Numbered from the stretch's first letter, positions 13,816-22,627 are shown. The stretch is 32,000 nt of DNA from Candidatus Electronema halotolerans (GCA_942493095.1 OW818675.1:60001-92000), one strand, 5' to 3'. The notes: generated from the letters alone by a model not told the origin. Translations and numbers: made by a program.

Positions 13816-15626
13816 AAAAAAACACCCGCTGCGACCGGATCTTAGTTGTTGACGACAATCAGGAAATTCACGCGGATATCAAAAAAATCCTCCAAAAGCC
13901 GCAGGTTTCGCCGGAATTGGATTCGCTCTTTGCTGATATCATCGGCCAGGCTCTTCCGGCAAAAGAGCAGCAGGGCAAGGAGCAGGCCGAGCTGATCATT
14001 GACTCCGCCTTTCAGAGCGAGGAGGCTGTGGCCTTGGTCCGGCAGGCCCGGCTGGAGCGCAGACCCTATGCAATGGCCTATATTGACATGCGGATGCCGC
14101 CCGGCTTGGACGGACTCCACACTCTGCGGCGGCTCCAGCAGGAGGATCATCAGCTTCATTTTGTCGTCATCACCGCTTATGCCGACTATTCCTGGCAGGA
14201 GATCAGCTCGGCCATGCTCTCCGCCGACAAGCTCCTGATCCTGAAAAAACCCTTTGAGGCCATAGAAATTCGCCAGTCCGCCAGTGCCCTGCTGGAAAAA
14301 TGGCATCTGACCTTGGAGCACCGGCAGGCCATGTCCGCCTTGGTTATGCAGCGCAACATGCTGGAGGAGCATGTCCGCGAGCAGACTGCCGAGCTGCGCC
14401 ACACCAATGAGCTGCTGACCAAGGAGATCAAGGAGCGGCGGCGGGCTGAGGAGAAGATCCGCCAGCACCGCGACAGTCTGGAAAAGCAGATTGAGCTGCG
14501 CAGCGCGGAAATCATGCAGCAGAACCGCTTTCTCAACACGGTCATCAATGCTCTGCCGCATCCCTTTGCCGTCATTGATGTGGCCAGCCACCGGATTCTC
14601 GCCGCCAACCGGGCGGCGGGCAGCCGGGCCGCCGGGCGTGACCATCTGCGCACCTGCTATCAGTTCATGCACGGTCTTTCTCGGCCCTGCCACGAACGGG
14701 ACATGGAATGTCCGCTCCAGACAGTCCGTCAGCACGGCAAGCCGGTGGTGCTTGAGCAGACCATGAACGGCCCGGATGGCTCCAAGCAGGTCATGGAGAT
14801 TCACGCCTGCCCGGTGCTTGAACGGGACGGCAGGATCACCAGGGTGATCGAATACTGCGTTGACATCACCCGCCGGAAAAAAATGGAGCAGGAGCTGATC
14901 AGAAACAGGAAGATGGAGGCCATCTCGACAATGGCGGGCGGCATTGCCCATGATTTCAACAATCTGCTCATGGCGATCACCGGCAATATCGAACTGTCGC
15001 TCCTCAAGCTGCACCCGGAGCACAGCGTGCTGCCGTTTCTCAAAAATGCGGCCTTCTCAGCAGAAGAGGCCAAGCATCTGGCCCATAAATTCCTTCTTTT
15101 CTCCCACTTTGCCCCGCCTGCGCGCAGGCCGGTGCCCTTGGCCGAGCTGATCGCGGCTGCGGCCAGAGCCGCGCTGGATGGCAGCGGCAGCACAGCGGAA
15201 CTGCACCTGCCAGACAACCTCTGGCTCCTTTATGCTGATCCTGGACAGATTGAGCAGCTGCTCCAGGAGCTGCTCAAAAATGCCCGTGAAGCAATGGCTC
15301 CGGCAGGCGGCACCGTGCGGATCAGCGCCGAGAATGTCTGCCTGCTCGGCCATGAGGCCAGCGGTCGCAGCCAGGGCCGCTATGTCAGGATTGCGGTCAG
15401 CGACAAAGGCTGCGGCATTAAGAAGGAAGACCTGCCCAAAATTTTTGATCCCTATTTTTCCGGCAAAAGCAGAGGCTCGGTCAAAGGCATGGGGCTGGGA
15501 CTGACCATTGCCGCCTTCATTGTCAGCCAGCATGAGGGCCATCTCGAAGCCGAGGCCGGGCCAGGAGGGGTTGGTGCCACTGTGCTTGTTGACATTCCCG
15601 CTGCCGAGGTGAACGGGAACAGCTGA
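13812..15626 (+). CDS. Response-regulator receiver / coiled coil / PAS / HisKA / HATPase hybrid kinase
   Basis: ATGA overlap with the upstream kinase gene. REC domain: ILVVDDNQ, phospho-acceptor context AYIDMRMPPGLDG, LKKPF. PAS with several Cys. H-box GGIAHDFNNLL; G-boxes SDKGCGI and GMGLGLTIA. Confidence 0.88.
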   Translation: MKKNTRCDRILVVDDNQEIHADIKKILQKPQVSPELDSLFADIIGQALPAKEQQGKEQAELIIDSAFQSEEAVALVRQARLERRPYAMAYIDMRMPPGLDGLHTLRRLQQEDHQLHFVVITAYADYSWQEISSAMLSADKLLILKKPFEAIEIRQSASALLEKWHLTLEHRQAMSALVMQRNMLEEHVREQTAELRHTNELLTKEIKERRRAEEKIRQHRDSLEKQIELRSAEIMQQNRFLNTVINALPHPFAVIDVASHRILAANRAAGSRAAGRDHLRTCYQFMHGLSRPCHERDMECPLQTVRQHGKPVVLEQTMNGPDGSKQVMEIHACPVLERDGRITRVIEYCVDITRRKKMEQELIRNRKMEAISTMAGGIAHDFNNLLMAITGNIELSLLKLHPEHSVLPFLKNAAFSAEEAKHLAHKFLLFSHFAPPARRPVPLAELIAAAARAALDGSGSTAELHLPDNLWLLYADPGQIEQLLQELLKNAREAMAPAGGTVRISAENVCLLGHEASGRSQGRYVRIAVSDKGCGIKKEDLPKIFDPYFSGKSRGSVKGMGLGLTIAAFIVSQHEGHLEAEAGPGGVGATVLVDIPAAEVNGNS

Positions 15627-15701
15627 GTGACGTGAAACAACTCCTCATTTGGCAGGCGCAGAGCGCACTTGCAACGTGAATACATGTTACTTGGAGACAG
15701 C

Positions 15702-16913
15702 ATGGAATATGTCATTGTCGGCGGTTCCGTGGCCGCAGCTTCAGCGTTGGCGGCCATTCGTCAGAACAGGCCCAGGGCGGAAATCCGGGTCGTGGCTGAT
15801 GAAGCGGTTCCGTTTTATTATCGACCGCTGATTCCTTATTTGCTGGACGGCAGCCGGACTGCTGATGAAATCCTCTTTGCCGAGCAGCCCTCAGCCACTG
15901 ACGGGGCAGAACTGATCCACAACCGCTGCGTGGCCCTTGATCCAGCCCAGCAGCGCATCAGGCTGCAATCAGGCCGGGACGTGACCTACAGCAAACTGCT
16001 CTTGGCTGCGGGCGGCGCGCCGATCATGCTCTTGGGCGACCTTGACGGCGTGGAACACCAAGGAGTCTTCACCCTGCGCAGCATGGATGATGCGATCAAA
16101 ATCAGGGACTTCCTGCCCGGTTGCCGGACAGCGGCGGTCATTGGCGGCGGGCTGGTCGGCATCAAGGCGGCTGAGGCCTTGGCCAAGATTGGTCTGGCAG
16201 TCACGGTCATTGAACAGAAGGAGCAGATTCTGCCGCTCCGAGCAGACCACGTTGCGGCAGCGGCAATTGCGGCCCGGCTCATAGAAAAAGGCGTGACCGT
16301 TCTGACCGGGCAGGTGCCGCAGACAATAACTGCCTCGGCAGGCAGGGCAGACGGTGTGCGCCTTGCAGATGGCAGAACAGTGACGGCTGATCTGGTCATT
16401 CTCGCGGTTGGCATCAGGCCGAAGATTGATTTTCTCGCTCAATCAGGGATTGCCATCGAGCGGGGTGTGCTGGTGGACAGCCGGATGCAGACTTCGCTGC
16501 CAAACATTTATGCTGCCGGGGATTTGGTGCAGTTCACGGATCAGGCCGCAGGCGGCGAGGAAGTCAGCGCCCTGTGGAGCAATGCTGTTCACACCGGCAG
16601 AATTGCAGGCTCCAATATGAGCGGAGGCCGGGCCGTGGCACCGCCCATGCTTTCGGTCATGAACAGCACCGAGATCGCCGGACTGCCCCTGATTTCAGCC
16701 GGGCAGCTTGATGATCCGGCAGGAGAATGTGCTGTCTTTGCTGAATCCTGCGGCGACAGCTACCGCAAGCTCCTTTTTGCTGAGGAACGCCTTGTCGGCC
16801 TGCTCTTTCTTGGCAATGTTGACCGGGCCGGGGTCTATGTCAACATGATCCGCAACCGGATGCCGCTGCAAGGACGGCGGGGTGAGCTTGTCCGGGAGGT
16901 TATGAAATTCTGA
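15702..16913 (+). CDS. FAD-dependent pyridine nucleotide-disulfide oxidoreductase family protein (ferredoxin/rubredoxin-reductase-like)
   Basis: ATG after GGAGA. Two dinucleotide folds: YVIVGGSVAAASA and AAVIGGGLVGIKAAEAL. The AAGD motif is present. No N-terminal redox-active CxxxxC. Confidence 0.85.
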   Translation: MEYVIVGGSVAAASALAAIRQNRPRAEIRVVADEAVPFYYRPLIPYLLDGSRTADEILFAEQPSATDGAELIHNRCVALDPAQQRIRLQSGRDVTYSKLLLAAGGAPIMLLGDLDGVEHQGVFTLRSMDDAIKIRDFLPGCRTAAVIGGGLVGIKAAEALAKIGLAVTVIEQKEQILPLRADHVAAAAIAARLIEKGVTVLTGQVPQTITASAGRADGVRLADGRTVTADLVILAVGIRPKIDFLAQSGIAIERGVLVDSRMQTSLPNIYAAGDLVQFTDQAAGGEEVSALWSNAVHTGRIAGSNMSGGRAVAPPMLSVMNSTEIAGLPLISAGQLDDPAGECAVFAESCGDSYRKLLFAEERLVGLLFLGNVDRAGVYVNMIRNRMPLQGRRGELVREVMKF

Positions 16914-16955
16914 CAAGCAGGCTGCGCTCAAGAGGAAAACCATCAACCATCACGG

Positions 16956-16987
16956 TTGACAGTAAAGAATTGACCGTGCTATATAAT
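16956..16987 (+). promoter_or_regulatory. Candidate sigma70 promoter for the Mo-enzyme gene
   Basis: TTGACA (16956-16961) followed 18-20 nt later by TATATAAT (16980-16987), about 75 nt upstream of ATG 17064. Confidence 0.35.
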
Positions 16988-17063
16988 GCAATTGTTTTGC
17001 GAGAAAGGTCATTGTTTCTTTTGGATGCAAGAGAAGAATTTCAGGCAGTTTTGGAGAAAAGCG

Positions 17064-19853
17064 ATGGGTGAACAAGTCAGTTTGCTGAAGGCGGCAACCT
17101 ACCATTTTATCTCCCTTTTCTATCGGGATGAAATTTCCCTGCCGCTTTTAGAAAAGCTGTCTGGCAGCCAAGTTGCGGCGCAGATCAGCGGCTTGGGGAA
17201 TAACCAAGAAGCAGCAGAACTTCATGCTCCTTTGGCCCGGATGAACGGCTGGCTTCAATCTGCTCCGGCAGAGGAACTGTTCCGCGAGCTGCGCCATGAC
17301 TATGCCGAGCTGTTTCTTAATGCAGGCCAGAATCCCGCCTTCCCATACAGCTCCTGTTATGTTTCCAGCAAGATTGAGCCGCTGCTCATGCAGGAGCCGT
17401 TGTTCCAAGCGCGCAAGGCCTATCATGCCAGCGGACTGCATAAGAACCCTGCTTGGCCGGACTTGGATGACCACATTGCCGTGGAGCTGGAATTCATGGC
17501 TTATTTGGCCGGACAAGCTGGAACTGAGAAGCAGCAGGCAGATTTTCTCTGCAATCACCTCCTGCCTTGGGCCGAGCCATTCTGCACCCAGCTTGCTGAT
17601 TCCGCAACAACAGATTTTTACAAAGGGCTGGCTGATCTGACAACAGCGGTGCTGACTGCGGATGATGCCACGCTCGCGGCCTTGGAACCGCTGCTGGCTG
17701 CGTTAGACGTGGACACTCAATTAGTCACGCTGGCGGAAGGGGCAGTGCCGCCGACAGAAGACAGCAGTGTCAAGACGCATTGCTATGTCTGCGCTGGTCT
17801 TTGCGGGCAGGAAATTAGAATCAAAGACGGGGTTATTGTCGGCTGCAAAGGGCTGGCCGGTGATCCCAAGGGTGGCGGGCGGCTCTGCATCAAAGGCGCG
17901 AATGCGCATAAGAACACCTATTCCGCCTACCGTTTGAAAACGCCGCTTATTCGTGAGCAAGGCCGATTCCGCAAAGCCTCTTGGCAGGAAGCCCTTGACC
18001 TGACTGCGGACAAGCTGAAGAGCTTTGCTCCCAAGACAGTCGGCTTTCATCAGGGCAATGACTTTAACAGCTGGTGTCACGATGCGGTCATGGCGGCCTA
18101 TGGCACACCCAATAAGACCACCCATCGCCAGATGTGCGACAATCCCAACCGGATGGCCAATGAGCACTGTCTGGGCGAGAAGCGGCCTTGGCTTGACTAC
18201 GCGCATTCGCAGTATATTCTCCTCTTTGGCATCAATGAGCTGGCCACCTCTGTCGGGCAGCGCAAGGTCAGCCTGCTCAAACAGGCGGTGAAGAATGGAG
18301 CCAAGCTGGTGGTGGTTGATCCGCGCCGCTGCGAGACAGCCCAGCTTGCCACCGAGTGGATACCGATCATTCCCGGCACAGACGGCGCCTTGGCAATGGC
18401 GATGTGCTATGTCATTGTTGCGGACAATCTTTATGACAAAAACTTCACGGAAAACTGGTGCTATGGCTTTGCCGAGTTCAATCAACGGCTGCTGGGCGAG
18501 GAGGACGGCATAGTTCGCAGTCCGCAATGGGCCGAGGCCATCTGCGGCGTGCCAGCGGCAACCATTGAGCGGCTGGCCCGTGAGTTTGCTGCTGCCGCCC
18601 CTGCCGCAGGCGCACTGTCATGGACTGGGGTTGGTCAGACACCAAATGCTGTTCACGCCACCCAAGCGATACAGGCCCTGAACGCCCTGCTCGGCTGCTT
18701 TGACGCGCCCGGCGGCCCGGCCTTGGTCGGCAAGTTCAAGCTAGCCTCGCCGTGGGCGGATGATCAGCCTAAGCCGCCCAAAAACGCCGAGAAGTTCAAA
18801 CTCAATCCCGGCAGACTGTGGAGCGGTTGGATTCCGGCCTATTTTGAAGAAGATGCGCAGGCCGGGCGGCTCAAGGCCATGCTCTGCTATTTCGGCAATC
18901 CGGTCATGTCCAGCGGCGCGGAGCCAAGCCTGCGCCGAGCGGTTGACAAGCTGGACTTTGCTTGCGCCATTGACTGCTTTATGAGCAATACTGACGAGCT
19001 GTGCGACGTGGTATTGCCGGACTGCACCTATTTGGAGCAGAGCCGGGTGGTTTCTGACTGGATGTATGAATCCTTTCTTTCGCTGGGCCAGAAGGCGATT
19101 GAGCCGCTGTATGAATCTCGGCCCGTGGTCTGGATATTCACGGAGCTGGCTCAACGGCTCGGCTTTGGCGAATATTTCCCGTGGCAGAGCGAGGACGAGT
19201 ACCTGCGCAATCAGCTCCGCAATCAGCAGGTGACGCTGGAGGAGCTGCGCGAGACGGGCTATTTCATCACCGACCCACAAGCCTTCCGCAAGTACGAGCA
19301 GTGGGGTTCGATCAATCCGCCGCCCGGTTACGGAGCCTCTGGTCACAGCGCGACCGGCAAATACAACTTCATCAATCCTGTTGCAGAAAAGGCTGGCCTG
19401 AACGCCCTGCCTGACTACCTGCCGCCGTGGCAGGACTGGCCGGAACTGGCCCCTGATGCGGATTATCCGCTCATTCTTGGCTACTTCCGGCTGCTGGAGC
19501 ATGAGCACACTGCGACCTGCTGGAATCCGGCCTTGATGAAGCAGTGCGGCAGCAATCCGGTCTGGATCAACTGGTTAGATGCGAAAGCCAGCAGCATTGC
19601 GGACGGCGATAAGGTGCTGATCGCTTCGCCTTGGGGACAGGTTCAGGGGACAGCAAAAGTGACGTGGGATATTCGTCAAGGTGTGCTGGCCACAGCAGGC
19701 GGCTTTGGCGGCAGATACGGGCTGGAAGGTGATCCTAAGTTTCCAAGCTGCGGCGGCTTCAACACCAATGTCCTCCTGCCGCCCAACGTGGCCTGCAAAT
19801 GGTCTGGCACCCCGCCGCTGAAGTATATCAAAACCAGAATTGAAAGGATTTGA
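17064..19853 (+). CDS. TorD/DmsD-like chaperone domain fused to a molybdopterin (bis-MGD, DMSO-reductase family) oxidoreductase catalytic subunit
   Basis: ATG 6 nt after GGAGA. The N-terminal ~200 aa carry TorD-family signatures (DYAELFLNAGQNPAFPYSSCY; DDHIAVELEFMAYLA). After an Ala/Leu/Asp-rich linker comes the MopB 4Fe-4S motif C-x2-C-x3-C...C (HCYVCAGLCGQ...RLCIKG). MopB and C-terminal molybdopterin-binding regions follow, ending in VLIASPWGQVQGTAKV. No twin-arginine signal and no in-frame stop. Confidence 0.85.
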   Translation: MGEQVSLLKAATYHFISLFYRDEISLPLLEKLSGSQVAAQISGLGNNQEAAELHAPLARMNGWLQSAPAEELFRELRHDYAELFLNAGQNPAFPYSSCYVSSKIEPLLMQEPLFQARKAYHASGLHKNPAWPDLDDHIAVELEFMAYLAGQAGTEKQQADFLCNHLLPWAEPFCTQLADSATTDFYKGLADLTTAVLTADDATLAALEPLLAALDVDTQLVTLAEGAVPPTEDSSVKTHCYVCAGLCGQEIRIKDGVIVGCKGLAGDPKGGGRLCIKGANAHKNTYSAYRLKTPLIREQGRFRKASWQEALDLTADKLKSFAPKTVGFHQGNDFNSWCHDAVMAAYGTPNKTTHRQMCDNPNRMANEHCLGEKRPWLDYAHSQYILLFGINELATSVGQRKVSLLKQAVKNGAKLVVVDPRRCETAQLATEWIPIIPGTDGALAMAMCYVIVADNLYDKNFTENWCYGFAEFNQRLLGEEDGIVRSPQWAEAICGVPAATIERLAREFAAAAPAAGALSWTGVGQTPNAVHATQAIQALNALLGCFDAPGGPALVGKFKLASPWADDQPKPPKNAEKFKLNPGRLWSGWIPAYFEEDAQAGRLKAMLCYFGNPVMSSGAEPSLRRAVDKLDFACAIDCFMSNTDELCDVVLPDCTYLEQSRVVSDWMYESFLSLGQKAIEPLYESRPVVWIFTELAQRLGFGEYFPWQSEDEYLRNQLRNQQVTLEELRETGYFITDPQAFRKYEQWGSINPPPGYGASGHSATGKYNFINPVAEKAGLNALPDYLPPWQDWPELAPDADYPLILGYFRLLEHEHTATCWNPALMKQCGSNPVWINWLDAKASSIADGDKVLIASPWGQVQGTAKVTWDIRQGVLATAGGFGGRYGLEGDPKFPSCGGFNTNVLLPPNVACKWSGTPPLKYIKTRIERI

Positions 19854-19884
19854 CCTCGCAACAGCCAGCCTTTCAACCTCCTTC

Positions 19885-19908
19885 GCAATGACAAGCCAGC
19901 GTCATTGC
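19885..19908. terminator. Hairpin between convergent genes, a possible bidirectional terminator
   Basis: GCAATGAC (19885-19892) pairs with GTCATTGC (19901-19908) around an 8-nt loop. It overlaps the flippase stop codon. No T-run follows. Confidence 0.25.
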
Positions 19909-21347
19909 ATGGTGCTTCCGCTGCATCTTGGCCACCGCAGCCTGCTGAGGTCGTCCAATGAAACCAAACGCAGCAGGAAACCAGCTCCTGCGCAGATGAA
20001 AACACCAAGCAGCAGTGGCAGAATAATGCCATAGTTCTGGGCTATTGCAGCGGCTGCTGTTCCGGCTGCGCCGCCGATTGTCAGCGTCAGCATGGTTTTG
20101 GTCAGCATGGCGGGCAGCAGGTCGCGGAAGAGCAGCCAGTTGATGACAAACATCAGGCCGCTGGAAAGAACAATTGCCCAGCTGCTGCCGAGCGACGCAT
20201 AGTGCGGTATCAGAAGCAGATTGCCTATTCCGCAGAGCAGCACTCCTGCCGCCTGCACCCAGCCCATTGCGCTGACCCGTTTTGCGGCAATGAAAAAGGC
20301 ATCAAAGATCGTGTTGAGAAAGGAAAAGCTGATCGACAGGGAAAGAATGCGGAAAACCTGCGCTGAAGCCGTGAAGTCCGGGCCGAGAATGAGCGGAATG
20401 ATCTGATCTGCCAAGGCGGCGGCAAAAAAGGTCAGCAGGAGGCAGACAAGGAGCATGAAGCGGAACACGGCCTGACTGGTCTGGCGCAGCTCGTCCCGAT
20501 TTTCGGCAAAAAAGAGGCGGGAGAAGATCGGCAGCAGGACTGGCATGAAGGTCATGGGAATGATCTGCACTCTGGTGAAAATGCGGAATGGAGCCTGAAA
20601 CAGGGCTGCCTCGGCATTGCCCGCCAAGACCTTGAGAAGAAAAACGCCTGTGTAAAGGTGCAGCTGCACCAAGAGTTGAAACAGGCCGATCTGCAAGGAC
20701 TCACGCAGCAGGTCTTTGGCGTGGCGCAAGGTGAAAATTTGCCGAGGCAGCTCGCGCAGATAAGGCGAGAGTTTGCTGGTCAGCCAAATTGTTGTCATGA
20801 AACCGGCCAGACAGGCAAGGGCATTGGCACTGAAAATCGCTCCAAGACCGAGCTGCCAGCGCATGACAAGGGCGACCAAGCCAATCAGGACAAAGGCGCT
20901 GGTCAGAGCCGGGATGGTTTCGTACTGCATCCGCTGCAAGGCAATGCTGACTGTGCCTGCGGTCTGGGTCATGGCCATGATGCCGGTGGTTGCGGCAATG
21001 ATCAGCAGCAGCTTGAGATCAGGCAGATTGATGAACGAGCCGACTACCAGCAGCCCGGCGGCGATGAGCAGGGTCAGAAGCAGATTCCATGTCCAGCCGA
21101 GCAGAATATGTCCAGCCGCACGTTCCTTGTGCTGGGCGATTTCCCGGACTAAAATTCTCGGAAAGCCCAAGTTCAGGAGCGGCAGGGCCACCCAGCCAAT
21201 GGCCATGAGCACGGAATAGCGGCCAAAATCTTCCAGCCCCAAATAGCGGGACAGCATCCCGACCAAGGTTAGGCCGACCAGCAGCTCGGCGGCGCGGGCG
21301 GCAAAAGTGAAGCTGAGATTGGCCGCCATGCGGCGGGTTTCACCCAT
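19902..21347 (-). CDS. Polysaccharide biosynthesis flippase (Wzx-like, MOP superfamily)
   Basis: Polytopic membrane protein with about 12-14 hydrophobic segments, of the polysaccharide-biosynthesis/oligosaccharide-flippase type. Start set at ATG 21347 (MGETRRM...) because 21348 onward belongs to the IS inverted repeat; the open frame runs to 21374 inside the IS end. Confidence 0.85.
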   Translation of the reverse strand: MGETRRMAANLSFTFAARAAELLVGLTLVGMLSRYLGLEDFGRYSVLMAIGWVALPLLNLGFPRILVREIAQHKERAAGHILLGWTWNLLLTLLIAAGLLVVGSFINLPDLKLLLIIAATTGIMAMTQTAGTVSIALQRMQYETIPALTSAFVLIGLVALVMRWQLGLGAIFSANALACLAGFMTTIWLTSKLSPYLRELPRQIFTLRHAKDLLRESLQIGLFQLLVQLHLYTGVFLLKVLAGNAEAALFQAPFRIFTRVQIIPMTFMPVLLPIFSRLFFAENRDELRQTSQAVFRFMLLVCLLLTFFAAALADQIIPLILGPDFTASAQVFRILSLSISFSFLNTIFDAFFIAAKRVSAMGWVQAAGVLLCGIGNLLLIPHYASLGSSWAIVLSSGLMFVINWLLFRDLLPAMLTKTMLTLTIGGAAGTAAAAIAQNYGIILPLLLGVFICAGAGFLLRLVSLDDLSRLRWPRCSGSTMQ

Positions 21348-21363
21348 GGGTTCCTCGAAAAAT
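21348..21363. repeat. IS left terminal inverted repeat (IRL)
   Basis: GGGTTCCTCGAAAAAT, immediately preceded by CCAT (21344-21347). Confidence 0.8.
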
Positions 21364-21410
21364 ACAACATCCATTCTGCTGCATTTGTTTTGTTATTTTT
21401 TATTTTAATA

Positions 21411-21438
21411 TTGAAATTTCAGTCTATTATGTTATAAT
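21411..21438 (+). promoter_or_regulatory. Candidate transposase promoter inside the IS
   Basis: TTGAAA (21411-21416), a 16-nt spacer, then consensus TATAAT (21433-21438), 40 nt upstream of ATG 21478. Confidence 0.4.
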
Positions 21439-21477
21439 TTCGGCATCAATTCAACTCATGCTGCCGGAGATGCACAG

Positions 21478-22491
21478 ATGAACCAACTTGGATTTTTTGA
21501 TTTTTATATTCGTCTTTCCCGAATTGACAAAGCAGGTGATCCTTTAGTTAAGATCAACAAGGCTATTGACTGGGAAATATTTCGGCCAATTCTTGAAGAA
21601 GCAAAAAGAAAGCCTGTGAAATCAAATGCTGGAGCTAAAGGTTATGATTCAGTCATGATGTTCAAAATTTTAATTTTGCAATCATTATACAATCTTTCTG
21701 ATAAAGGGATGGAATATCAAATTCTTGACAGATATTCGTTTTCCAGATTCCTTGGACTTCGGGCGGCTGACAAAGTTCCAGATGCGACAACGATATGGCT
21801 TTTTCGTGAAACTTTGACCAAAGCAGGAAAAATCGAGGAACTGTTTTCTGTTTTTGACGAATTTCTTGATGAAAATGGATATCAAGCCAGAAAAGGGCAG
21901 ATAGTCGACGCTTCCATAGTCAACGCCCCGATCCAGCGTAACAGCCGCAAGGAAAACAAGCAGATCAAGAATGGTGAACAGCCTGAAGGATGGAGTGAGA
22001 ATAAGCAGGCGCAGAAGGATACTGATGCCCGTTGGACCAAAAAGAACGGCAGAAGCTTTTTTGGTTATAAAAATCATATATCTGTTGATGTGAAGCATAA
22101 ATTCATCCGAAAATATGCGGTGACCAGCGCCGAGGTTCATGACAGCAATATTTTTGAGGAGCTGCTTGACCCTGACAACACCAGTCGGGATATCTATGCG
22201 GATTCGGCATACAGATCTGAAAAAAAGCTCAACTGGTTGAACGAGAATGGATACAGAGAGCATCTGAACCGCAAAGGAACACGAAGCCGGAAACTGACCG
22301 AATGGGAGAAGCAGGGAAATCGGACAAGATCAAAAATTCGCTCCCGGATTGAACACGTCTTCGGCATCCAGGCGCAACGTGCTGGCAATATGATTCTCCG
22401 AGGAACAGGTTTCATTCGCGCTGCTGCGAAAATAGGCTTGAGAAACTTGACGTTCAATATTGACAGGTACGGAACTCTTAATAAAATTTAA
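21478..22491 (+). CDS. IS5-family DDE transposase
   Basis: 337 aa. N-terminus (FFDFYIRLSRIDKAGDPLVKINKAIDWEIFRPILE) and DDE contexts (QIVDASIVNAP; IYADSAYRS; RSRIEHVFG) are typical of IS5-group transposases such as InsH. Confidence 0.92.
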   Translation: MNQLGFFDFYIRLSRIDKAGDPLVKINKAIDWEIFRPILEEAKRKPVKSNAGAKGYDSVMMFKILILQSLYNLSDKGMEYQILDRYSFSRFLGLRAADKVPDATTIWLFRETLTKAGKIEELFSVFDEFLDENGYQARKGQIVDASIVNAPIQRNSRKENKQIKNGEQPEGWSENKQAQKDTDARWTKKNGRSFFGYKNHISVDVKHKFIRKYAVTSAEVHDSNIFEELLDPDNTSRDIYADSAYRSEKKLNWLNENGYREHLNRKGTRSRKLTEWEKQGNRTRSKIRSRIEHVFGIQAQRAGNMILRGTGFIRAAAKIGLRNLTFNIDRYGTLNKI

Positions 22492-22627
22492 GATTTAAAA
22501 AAAAGAAACGCATTCAGGAACATATTTCAACGGAAGTTTGCTCAAAATAAATAAAAAACAGGAAATAACAATTTATGTATTTGAAATTTTCAACTGTCAA
22601 AGACACTATTGATAAGCTGAAAAAACT

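Noticed and set aside
16635-16652. Sigma54-like TGGCAC-N5-ATGC string
   Set aside because: It lies inside the FAD oxidoreductase coding region, the -12 element is imperfect (ATGC rather than TTGC), and no enhancer-binding-protein gene is nearby.
17064-19853. Selenocysteine (in-frame TGA) or a frameshift in the Mo-enzyme gene
   Set aside because: The frame is continuous with no internal stop, and a Cys occupies the likely Mo-ligand context. Nothing in the sequence itself indicates recoding. The fusion junction still deserves read-level verification.
21411-21422. TTGAAATTTCAG (21411-21422) and TTGAAATTTTCAA (22581-22593) as possible IS termini
   Set aside because: These are short, self-palindromic AT-rich strings with an indel. 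The 16-bp inverted repeats at 21348 and 22652 with a CCAT duplication explain the boundaries much better and restore a coupled gene junction. The left string more likely overlaps the transposase -35 element.
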